NCBI GenBank assembly: GCA_965202585.1
Contig: OZ241831.1
Span: forward strand, 50,034,001-50,098,000
DNA from: Thalia democratica
Taxonomy: Eukaryota
Reading direction: 5' to 3'
Length of the DNA stretch: 64,000 nt
The notes beneath the pieces were generated by a model, which had not been told where the DNA came from, did no database searches, and was given only the letters and a program-made list of their open reading frames with translations. The translations under genes and the position numbers were made by a program. This document shows, one piece after another, positions 53,330-64,000 of this stretch (position 1 is its first letter; each line of letters begins with the position of its first letter).

Positions 53330-56300
53330 CTTTATACTGGAATGATGTGAAAATACTATGATATTTAGAATTTCAAAAAGTCAACACAATTTTTTGGAGT
53401 TGGAATGCATTTGTAATGCATCCCTGTTATTAAGTAGTTCCTTAAATATCAGCTTTAAACTGAACGGCCGATTATCAATCAAAAAAGTTGCTAATTGCAT
53501 CACATTCCTGATGCAGCTTAGAAAAACATTTTTTTTTATAACTGGCTTGCAGTCAACTCACTTCTTACTGGAATACAAGCTTTGTATTTGGCTTTGAGTA
53601 GTAAAAGAAGTTTATTTAACTGATTTGCATTTGTATTTGCTGTTTGTTGGAACATAAGTTATGAATTTGACTTTGAATAGCTGAATTGGAATCAAGCAGT
53701 TTGTTTCTAGTTCAAAATAAAATAACATTTTTAACTGCTGATACATACAATTTAATTAGGGCTTATTTCAATTTAAACGTTTACACTGCTAAGTTTTATA
53801 TTTTACTAATTTTCCAACTTCATAGGCTTGTATCTAGTTGTATTAAACTTAAAGCTTAGTAAAATCATTATTTAACATTGCCTTGTTTTGACTTTATCTA
53901 TTGATTTCTCATATTTGTACAGAAGATAAAGTGAGTAAGAAAATGTTACACAAAAAAGTATCGATTTTATTGTGAGGTTATAATAATAAAGTAGACTTGT
54001 TGTGCAAAACTTGTTGCTTTAAAAGTGGTACATAAATTATTTTTTCTAACAATCTCCAAAACAGTGATACAAGCAAATGACAAACTATTATTAAGCTTAA
54101 TTATAGACAAATAATTGTTACGCCACTTTATAGTTTACTATGCATTAATATTTTAAGTAGGCCTACTATTAACTAAGAAAAACAACGTTATAACAAGATA
54201 AAAGGTTTTTATTATAGATTTTTATTTACCGTAAAGCTTTTTTATGTATTTTTTTCTTATTTGTTTTAGGCTTTTGTTTTACTATAAAACAATTTAAAAA
54301 AAAATTATAACTTTATTTTACTTCAATGATTTATTTTAAGCGAAAATTTAGTTTTATAAACTTGTTTATTTTAAGTTATTTGAAAAGATTATGTTTTTTA
54401 AGTGTGCTTCTTTATTCAAATTGTTTTTTACGATTAAACATTAATCTAGAACAAATTTAACACAAACTCTTTATGATTAAACAAATAAATCGTTTTAAAG
54501 TAAAACAAAAACTCTACCTAACTTATTTTTTACGTTGTCTAAAAATTAAGAAACTTTACAATCGAAAAAAGTTGTGTTAAACTTTTTTGGAAAGAACTTT
54601 TAAAATTATAACTTTAAGATACGTTTTGAAATATTTTAGTTTTGTACAAATATACAATCCTAACCGTAGTATTTCTAACTATAAATTTTATTTAGTAGTA
54701 AACGAGAAACATAAAAAATGGAAGGTTATGACAATTTTTGTAACAATCAGTTATCAAAAAGTGTGCTAGACAATAAAATAAGAAAGCTTGGAAGTAAATT
54801 ATAAGCTCAAAAGCAACAATTAATAAAGCTAGCTGAAAACTTTGCTTGTCATAATGCTGAAAATTACAAGAAAGAAACTTGCGTTGTTCAAAAAAAAAAA
54901 ACAGTAATTTTTTGTCTAAATAATACTAGCTGTTTTGTGTTTATTTTATTTGGACTTAAAAAACTAGTTAGCTGACCGCATAGTTTTGTAGAATTATGCT
55001 ACTAGAATCTTTAAATGTAATATGGCGATAAAGAAGCTGCTGAATAAGTACTGTGTACTAAAAATCAAACTAGGAGTACATTTTAAAATAGTTAATACAA
55101 AAGCTCAACATTTTGTTTAAATAATAACTTTTGTCCATAAAATATGTCGCGGTACTTACGTTGCCAACCTATCCTAAGGTTTTGCTCTTAAAAGTAACGT
55201 TTATCTGATTAAAGTAACGATTACTCCTTTTTTCCTATTTTAAATTTTATGTGAATGTAAATCTATTTGATACTTGAAAAGCTAATAAAGAATTTCACAT
55301 AATATATATCGAGTATAGCTTTTGTACTGTTATATTCAAAAACTTGTACCAAAATTAGCTTGTATACTGGTTAAAACCTTTTTTTAAACACGTGTATATA
55401 ACTATTTCATTTTTGACAAACAAGCTTATTTTCGATGTGGAGATTTCAATGTTTTGACTTAAAACTATATTTGGCTTGTTAGCAAAAACCAACCTAACAA
55501 GTTTATGATAAATTTTTTATTTCGTTTAAAAAAATACAGGGCATCTACATATTACACATAAAATAACTTCAAAAGTTAGTTTGTTGTGTTAAAAACCGCT
55601 TCTTGAATGTAGTGTGGAAAATAAAAATTCAATAATATTTTGCAAAACGGTGCAAAGCACTAGCATAAAACTGTTTGTAAACATTGAAAAACTAACACAA
55701 AAGTTTTACGTTACTTTATGTAAGATTATTTAATAATTTTAATTAACTTAGGTGAAAAAATTTTAGGCTTAACATATAAAATTGGTTAAAAATATCAAAT
55801 GTTCTTTTATATTTATTATATTTAAATTAAGAGTTTCTTTTGTTGTTTAAAGAAACTAAAAAACAAATTTATGTATAGGTTTTCATTGTTTGTAGTATCT
55901 TGTTTTCGAAAAACTTTGCAGTTTGAACAATTCATTTTAAGTTAAAAAATTTTTAGATGTGATTTTTTTCTTCAGCTAAGCTTAAGATTATTTAAAAAAC
56001 TAAACCTAGTTAAAAGTATCTGCCAATGTATACCTACCTAAAGTACTAAACCAGAAGAACAAAAGTCTTTGACCAACTAAAAACGTTTATGGAAACTTTG
56101 TATAGTTTTGTAAAGTTCAGGTTGTTTAGTTAATGTTCAATAACAAAATTTAAACAAAACAATATACATTAAGTAACTGAAAATCTACTTTTATTGTGTC
56201 TTTGAGGCTACAAACTTTTAGGAATTCTAAATTGAAGTCACACTTCGACTTTAAACAGAGATAAGTACCAAAAAGATTAAATCAAGTTTCAAACAAATAA

Positions 56301-56531
56301 GCAAAACGAATTTTAGTTTGTAACTCTAACTATACTGGATAAACTTATCGTAAAACATGTTGTAAGCATTAAATTTTTACATACGTCACAGAGTATAAAC
56401 ACCAAAAAAAAAAGACAAATATTCGATACGAAAACGGTTACAAAAAATTTGGATCAGATGTTACAGAAAAAGTCACAGTACTGCTGATGTGTTTGATACA
56501 GTGAACACGTGTTGAAAGGGCGAAAATGTGT

Positions 56532-56613
56532 TTATCGGCTTGTTGTGTTGAATTGCATGAAGTATTGGCCGGTTGGCGGGTTTATGTACACTTCCTTGTC
56601 CAAAAACTTTTGA
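56532..56613 (-). other. Possible small terminal coding exon (QKFLDKEVYINPPTGQYFMQFNTTSR*) of an unidentified gene
   Basis: Preceded on the minus strand by the acceptor-like TTTTATTTCAG. Codons are C/G-ending-rich in very AT-rich surroundings. No homology recognised. Confidence 0.2.
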
Positions 56614-57053
56614 CTGAAATAAAATTGTATGTTTCACAGCACAAACTAAAAATGCTTTGATAGCGTAAAGTATTTTAAACATACGCCCTGTAAAAAGTGA
56701 TCAAGTTATTTTCTTTGTAATTGGATTATTTTTGGTTAGTTATACAACATGTACTATAATGAATTACAAGTAGTTACTGGTTAAAAAAAAGGATCAGCCA
56801 CTGTAAGTTTTAAATAACAATAATAAACGTATGTATTTGAATATGCCTTTTAGAATTAAAACTAAGGCATATGTTTAAAAATAATTTATTTATTTTTTTA
56901 ATACTAAATTTAAAACTTGTTAATAAGTAAAAGAATAATAATATTCAGAAGAAATCTATTCAGTTTTTTAAAGCTTAACTTTTGTAGCTGGTCCAAGTAA
57001 CATATTTAAAAGATATGAACAACACTAATCATTAAATCCAAATGTCTACTTTT

Positions 57054-60000
57054 TGAGCTTTTTGTTTCTGATTGAGGTGCTTGTTACAAATACTTACTGA
57101 GCTTTCCTGATTGAGGTACTTGTTACAAATACTTACTGAGCTTTCCTGAATGAGGTACTTGTTACAAATACTTACTGAGCCATCCTGATTGAGGTACTTG
57201 TTGCAAATACTTACTGCGCCATCCTGATTGAGGTACTTGTTACAAATACTTACTGCGCTTTCTGCTCCTGATTGAGGTACTTGTTACAAATACTTACTGA
57301 GCTTTCCTGATTGAGGTACTTGTTACAAATACTTACTGAGCTTTCCTGATTGAGGTACTTGTTTCAAATACTTACTGAGCCATCCTGATTGAGGTACATG
57401 TTACAAATACTTACTGAGCCATCCTGATTGAGGTACTTGTTACAAATACTTACTGAGCTTTCCTGATTGAGGTACTTGTTACAAATACTTACTGCGCTTT
57501 CCTGATTGAGGTACTTGTTACAAATACTTACTGAGCTTTCCTGATTGAGGTACTTGTTTCAAATACTTACTGAGCTTTCTGGTTTAGGTATTTGTTACAA
57601 ATACTTACTGAGCTTTCTGCTCCTGATTGAGGTACTTGTTACAAATACTTACTGAGCTTTCCTGATTAAGGTACTTGTTACAAATACTTACTGAGCTTTC
57701 CTGATTGAGGAACTTGTTACAAATACTTACTGAGCCATCCTGATTGAGGTACTTGTTACAAATACTTACTGAGCTTTCCTGATTGAGGTACTTGTTACAA
57801 ATACTTACTGCGCTTTCCTGATTGAGGTACTTGTTACAAATACTTACTGAGCTTTCCTGATTGAGGTACTTGTTACAAATACTTACTGAGCTTTCCTGAT
57901 TGAGGTACTTGTTACAAATACTTACTGAGCTTTCCTGATTGAGGTACTTGTTACAAATACTTACTGAGCCATCCTGATTGAGGTACTTGTTACAAATACT
58001 TACTGAGCTTTCTGATTGAGGTACTTGTTACAAATACTTACTGAGCCATCCTGATTGAGGTACTTGTTACAAATACTTACTGAGCATCCTGATTGAGGTA
58101 CTTGTTACAAATACTTACTGAGCCATCCTGATTGAGGTACTTGTTACAAATACTTACTGAGCCATCCTGATTGAGGTACTTGTTACAAATACTTACTGAG
58201 CATCCTGATTGAGGTACTTGTTACAAATACTTACTGAGCCATCCTGATTGAGGTACTTGTTACAAATACTTACTGAGCTTTCCTGATTGAGGTACTTGTT
58301 ACAAATACTTACTGAGCCATCCTGATTGAGGTACTTGTTACAAATACTTACTGAGCTTTCCTGATTGAGGTACTTGTTTCAAATACTTACTGAGCTTTCT
58401 GATTGAGCTGCTTGTTACAAATACTTACTGAGCCATCCTGATTGAGGTACTTGTTACAAATACTTACTGAGCTTTCCTGATTGAGGTACTTGTTACAAAT
58501 ACTTACTGAGCTTTCCTGATTGAGGTACTTGTTACAAATACTTACTGAGCTTTCCTGATTGAGGTACTTGTTACAAATACTTACTGCGCTTTCCTGATTG
58601 AGGTACTTGTTACAAATACTTACTGAGCTTTCCTGATTGAGGTACTTGTTACAAATACTTACTGAGCTTTCCTGATTGAGGTACTTGTTACAAATACTTA
58701 CTGAGCTTTCCTGATTGAGGTACTTGTTACAAATACTTACTGAGCCATCCTGATTGAGGTACTTGTTTCAAATACTTTCTGAGCTTTCCTGATTGAGGTA
58801 CTTGTTACAAATACTTACTGAGCTTTCCTGATTGAGGTACTTGTTACAAATATACTTACTGAGCTTTCCTGATTGAGGTACTTGTTACAAATACTTACTG
58901 AGCCATCCTGATTGAGGTACTTGTTACAAATACTTACTGAGCCTTCCTGATTGAGGTACTTGTTACAAATACTAACTGAGCCATCCTGATTGAGGTACTT
59001 GTTACAAATACTTACTGAGCTTTCCTGATTGAGGTACTTGTTACAAATACTTACTGAGCTTTCCTGATTGAGGTACTTGTTACAAATATACTTACTGAGC
59101 TTTCCTGATTGAGGTACTTGTTACAAATACTTACTGAGCCATCCTGATTGAGGTACTTGTTACAAATACTTACTGAGCTTTCCTGATTGAGGTACTTGTT
59201 ACAAATACTTACTGAGCTTTCCTGATTGAGGTACTTGTTACAAATATACTTACTGAGCTTTCCTGATTGAGGTACTTGTTACAAATACTTACTGAGCCAT
59301 CCTGATTGAGGTACTTGTTACAAATACTTACTGAGCTTTCCTGATTGAGGTACTTGTTACAAATACTTACTGAGCCATCCTGATTGAGGTACTTGTTACA
59401 AATACTTACTGAGCTTTCCTGATTGAGTCACTTGTTACAAATACTTACTGAGCTTTCCTGATTGAGGTACTTGTTACAAATACTTACTGAGCTTTCCTGA
59501 TTGAGGTACTTGTTACAAATACTTACTGAGCCATCCTGATTGAGGTACTTGTTACAAATACTTACTGAGCTTTCCTGATTGAGTCACTTGTTACAAATAC
59601 TTACTGAGCTTTCCTGATTGAGGTACTTGTTACAAATACTTACTGAGCTTTTCTGATTGAGGTGCTTGTTACAAATACTTACTGAGCCATCCTGATTGAG
59701 GTACTTGTTACAAATACTTACTGAGCTTTCCTGATTGAGGTGCTTGTTACAAATACTTACTGAGCTTTCCTGATTGAGGTACTTGTTACAAATACTTACT
59801 GAGCTTTCCTGATTGAGGTGCTTGTTACAAATACTTACTGAGCTTTCCTGATTGAGGTACTTGTTACAAATACTTACTGAGCTTTCCTGATTGAGGTGCT
59901 TGTTACAAATACTTACTGAGCCATCCTGATTGAGGTACTTGTTACAAATACTTACTGAGCCATCCTGATTGAGGTACTTGTTACAAATACTTACTGCGCT

Positions 60001-63000
60001 TTCCTGATTGAGGTACTTGTTACAAATACTTACTGAGCCATCCTGATTGAGGTGCTTGTTACAAATATACTTACTGAGCCAAACTGATTGAGGTACTTGT
60101 TACAAATATACTTACTGAGCTTTCCTGATTGAGGTACTTGTTACAAATACTTACTGAGCCATCCTGATTGAGGTACTTGTTACAAATACTTACTGAGCTT
60201 TCTTGATTGAGGTGCTTGTTACAAATACTTACTGAGCTTTCCTGATTTAGGTACTTGTTACAAACACTTACTGAGCTTTCCTGATTGAGGTACTTGTTAC
60301 AAATACTTACTGAGCTTTCCTGATTGAGGTACTTGTTACAAATACTTACTGAGCTTTCCTGATTGAGGTACTTGTTACAAATACTTACTGAGCCATCCTG
60401 ATTGAGGTACTTGTTACAAATACTTACTGAGCCATCCTAATTGAGGTACTTGTTACAAATACTTACTGAGCTTTCCTGATTGAGGTACTTGTTACAAATA
60501 CTTACTGAGCCATCCTGATTGAGGTACTTGTTACAAATACTTACTGAGCTTTCCTGATTGAGGAACTTGTTACAAATACTTACTGAGCTTTCCTAATTGA
60601 GGTACTTATTGCAAATACTTACTGAGCTTTCCTGATTGAGATACTTGTTACAAATACTTACTGAGCTTTCTGTTCCTGATTAAGGTACTTGTTACAAATA
60701 CTTACTAAGCTTTCTGCTCCTGATTGAGGTACTTGTTACAAATACTTACTGCGCTTTCCTGATTGAGGTGCTTGTTACAAATACTTACTGAGCTTTCCTG
60801 ATTGAGGTGCTTGTTACAAATACTTATTGAGCTTTCCTGATTGAGGTACTTGTTACAAATACTTACTGAGCTTTCCTGATTGAGGTACTTGTTACAAATA
60901 CTTACTGAGCTTTCTGTTCCTGATTGAGGTACTTGTTACAAATACTTACTAAGCTTTCTGTTCCTGATTAAGGTACATGTTACAAATACTTACTGAGCTT
61001 TCCTGATTGAGGTACTTGTTACAAATACTTACTGAGCTTTCTGTTCCTGATTGAGGTACTTGTTACAAATACTTACTGCGCTTTCTGCTCCTGGTTGAGA
61101 TACTTGTTAAAAATACTTACTGAACCATCCTGATTGAGGTACTTGTTACAAATACTTACTGAGCTTTCCTGATTGAGGTACTTGTTACAAATACTTACTG
61201 AGCTTTCCTGATTAAGGTACTTGTTACAAATACTTACTGAGCTTTCCTGATTAAAATACTTGTTACAAATACTTACTGAGCTTTCCTGATTGAGGTACTT
61301 GTTACAAATACTTACTGAGCTTTCTGTTCCTGATTGAGGTACTTGTTACAAATACTTACTGAGCTTTCCTGATTGAGATACTTGTTTCAAATACTTTCTG
61401 AGCTTTCCTGATCGAGGTACTTGCTACAAATACTTACTGAACCATCCTGATTGAGATACTTGTTTCAAATACTTACTGAGCTTTCCTGATTGAGGTACTT
61501 GTTACAAATACTTACTGAGCTTTCCTGATTGAAATACTTGTTTCAAATACTTACTGAGCTTTCCTGATTGAGGTCTTTGTTACAAATACTTACTGAGCTT
61601 TCTGTTCCTGATTAAAGTACTTGTTAAAAATACTTACTGAGCTTTCCTGATTTAGGTACTTGTTTCAAATACTTACTGAGCTTTCCTGATTGAGGTACTT
61701 GCTACAAATACTTACTGAGCTTTCCTGATTGAGATACTTGTTTCAAATACTTACTGAGCTTTCCTGATTGAGATACTTGTTACAAATACTTACTGAGCTT
61801 TCCTGATTGAGGTACTTGTTACAAATACTTACTGAGCTTTCCTGATTAAGGTACTTGTTACAAATACTTACTGCGCTTTCTGCTCCTGATTGAGGTACTT
61901 GCTTTCCTGATTGAGATACTTGTTTCAAATACTTTCTGAGCTTTCCTGATTGAGGTACTTGTTACAAATACTTACTGAGCTGTCTGTTCCTGATTGAGGT
62001 ACTTGTTACAAATACTTTCTGCGCTTTCTGCTCCTGGTTGAGGTACTTGCTTTCCTGATTGAGATACTTGTTTCAAATACTTTCTGAGCTTTCCTGATTG
62101 AGGTACTTGTTACAAATACTTACTGAGCTTTCTGTTCCTGATTAAGGTACTTGTTACAAATACTTACTGCGCTTTCTGCTCCTGATTGAGGTACTTGCTT
62201 TCCTGATTGAGATACTTGTTTCAAATACTTTCTGAGCTTTCCTGATTGAGGTACTTGTTACAAATACTTACTGAGCTTTCTGTTCCTGATTGAGGTACTT
62301 GTTACAAATACTTACTGCGCTTTCTGCTCCTGATTGAGGTACTTGCTTTCCTGATTGAGATACTTGCTACAAATACTTGCTGAACCATCCTGATTGAGAT
62401 ACTTGTTACAAATACTTACTGAGCTTTCTGTTCCTGATTGAGGTACTTGTTACAAATACTTTCTGCGCTTTCTGCTCCTGGTTGAGATACTTGTTAAAAA
62501 TACTTACTGAACCATCCTGATTGAGGTACTTGTTACAAATACTTACTGAGCTTTCCTGATTGAGATACTTGTTTTAAATACTTTCTGAGCTTTCCTGATC
62601 GAGGTACTTGCTACAAATACTTACTGAACCATCCTGATTGAGATACTTGTTTCAAATACTTACTGAGCTTTCCTGATTGAGGTACTTGTTACAAATACTT
62701 ACTGAGCTTTCCTGATTGAGGTACTTGTTACAAATACTTACTGAGCTTTCCTGATTGAGGTACTTGTTTCAAATACTTACTGAGCTTTCCTGGTTGAGAT
62801 ACTTGCTACAAATACTTACTGAGCCATCCTGATTGAGATACTTGTTACAAATACTTACTAAGCTTTCTGCTCCTGACTGAGGTGCTTGTTACAAATACTT
62901 ACTAAGCTTTCTGCTCCTGACTGAGGTACTTGTTACAAATACTTACTAAGCTTTCTGCTCCTGACTGAGGTGCTTGTTACAAATACTTACTGAGCTTTCC

Positions 63001-64000
63001 TGATTGAGATACTTGTTTCAAATACTTACTGAGCTTTCCTGATTGAGATACTTGTTACAAATACTTACTGAGCTTTCCTGATTGAGGTACTTGTTACAAA
63101 TACTTACTGAGCTTTCCTGATTAAGGTACTTGTTACAAATACTTACTGCGCTTTCTGCTCCTGATTGAGGTACTTGCTTTCCTGATTGAGATACTTGTTT
63201 CAAATACTTTCTGAGCTTTCCTGATTGAGGTACTTGCTACAAATACTTGCTGAACCATCCTGATTGAGGTACTTGTTACAAATACTTACTGAGCTTTCTG
63301 TTCCTGATTGAGGTACTTGTTACAAATACTTTCTGCGCTTTCTGCTCCTGGTTGAGATACTTGTTAAAAATACTTACTGAACCATCCTGATTGAGGTACT
63401 TGTTACAAATACTTACTGAGCTTTCTGATTGAGGTACTTGTTACAAATACTTACTGAGCTTTCCTGATTGAGGTGCTTGTTACAAATACTTACTGAGCTT
63501 TCCTGATTGAGGTGCTTGTTACAAATACTTACTGAGCTTTCCTGATTGAGGTGCTTGTTACAAATACTTACTGAGCTTTCCTGATTGAGGTACTTGTTAC
63601 AAATACTTACTGAGCTTTCCTGATTGAGGTGCTTGTTACAAATACTTACTGAGCTTTCCTGATTGAGGTACTTGTTACAAATACTTACTGAGCTTTCCTG
63701 ATTGAGGTACTTGTTACAAATACTTACTGAGCTTTCTGTTCCTGATTGAGGTACTTGTTACAAATACTTACTGAGCTTTCCTGATTGAGATACTTGTTTT
63801 AAATACTTTCTGAGCTTTCCTGATCGAGGTACTTGCTACAAATACTTACTGAACCATCCTGATTGAGATACTTGTTTCAAATACTTACTGAGCTTTCCTG
63901 ATTGAGGTACTTGTTACAAATACTTACTGAGCTTTCCTGATTGAGGTACTTGTTACAAACACTTACTGAGCTTTCCTGATTGAGGTACTTGTTATAAACA
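57054..64000. repeat. 39-bp satellite/minisatellite array, about 175-180 units, continuing past the window end
   Basis: Consensus CTTTCCTGATTGAGGTACTTGTTACAAATACTTACTGAG directly repeated with no spacers. Variants: CCATC, 44-bp (CTTTCTG[C/T]TCC), 38-, 41- and 21-bp units. Confidence 0.98.

Noticed and set aside
53358-53720. 79-aa plus-strand ORF and broken minus-strand frames as a gene or transposase remnant
   Set aside because: No recognisable motif, multiple stops, and AT-rich composition consistent with chance or an unidentifiable relic.
54587-54769. 60-aa ORF (MERTFKII...)
   Set aside because: TTG start, extremely AT-rich, no motif; likely spurious.
55150-55200. Minus-strand 27-nt micro-exon (QNLRIGWQ) ending at a GTAAGT donor
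   Set aside because: Too short to support, and I could not link partner exons to it.
61743-63203. Two 61-aa minus-strand ORFs (SICNKYLNQESSV repeats) as a repetitive protein gene
   Set aside because: They are a by-product of a 39-bp unit lacking stops in one frame. Frequent -1, +2, +5 and -18 variants break the frame, and the starts are non-ATG.
57054-64000. CRISPR array (repeat length of 39 bp is in range)
   Set aside because: Units abut directly with no unique spacers, there are no cas genes, and the context is eukaryotic.

Overview
AT-rich eukaryotic genomic DNA, probably an invertebrate animal (taxon not determinable from the sequence); no prokaryotic features. (1) 1-46378 is a head-to-tail array of ~1.2-kb units (1201-1220 bp): one partial unit, 37 complete truncated units, then one terminal copy. 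Every unit holds the 5' ~80% of one intronless gene. Only the last copy (45288-46691, 467 aa) runs on in frame into a C-terminal RING-H2 finger, a probable E3 ubiquitin ligase. Of the 37 RING-less copies, 16 keep a 367-373 aa ORF and 21 are disrupted. The copies are mosaics with hypervariable codons between near-invariant flanks, arranged in dimer and trimer higher-order blocks. (2) 46.7-57 kb is very AT-rich DNA. It contains a young non-autonomous hAT transposon (47938-49739, TIRs plus perfect 8-bp TSD) carrying an intact Penelope-type GIY-YIG endonuclease ORF, an older MITE of the same type, and a GC-rich nested palindrome with promoter-like motifs near 50.9-51.1 kb. (3) 57054-64000 is a 39-bp satellite that continues past the window end. 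The best candidate for a new system is the array of variable RING-less cassettes upstream of a single complete RING gene.
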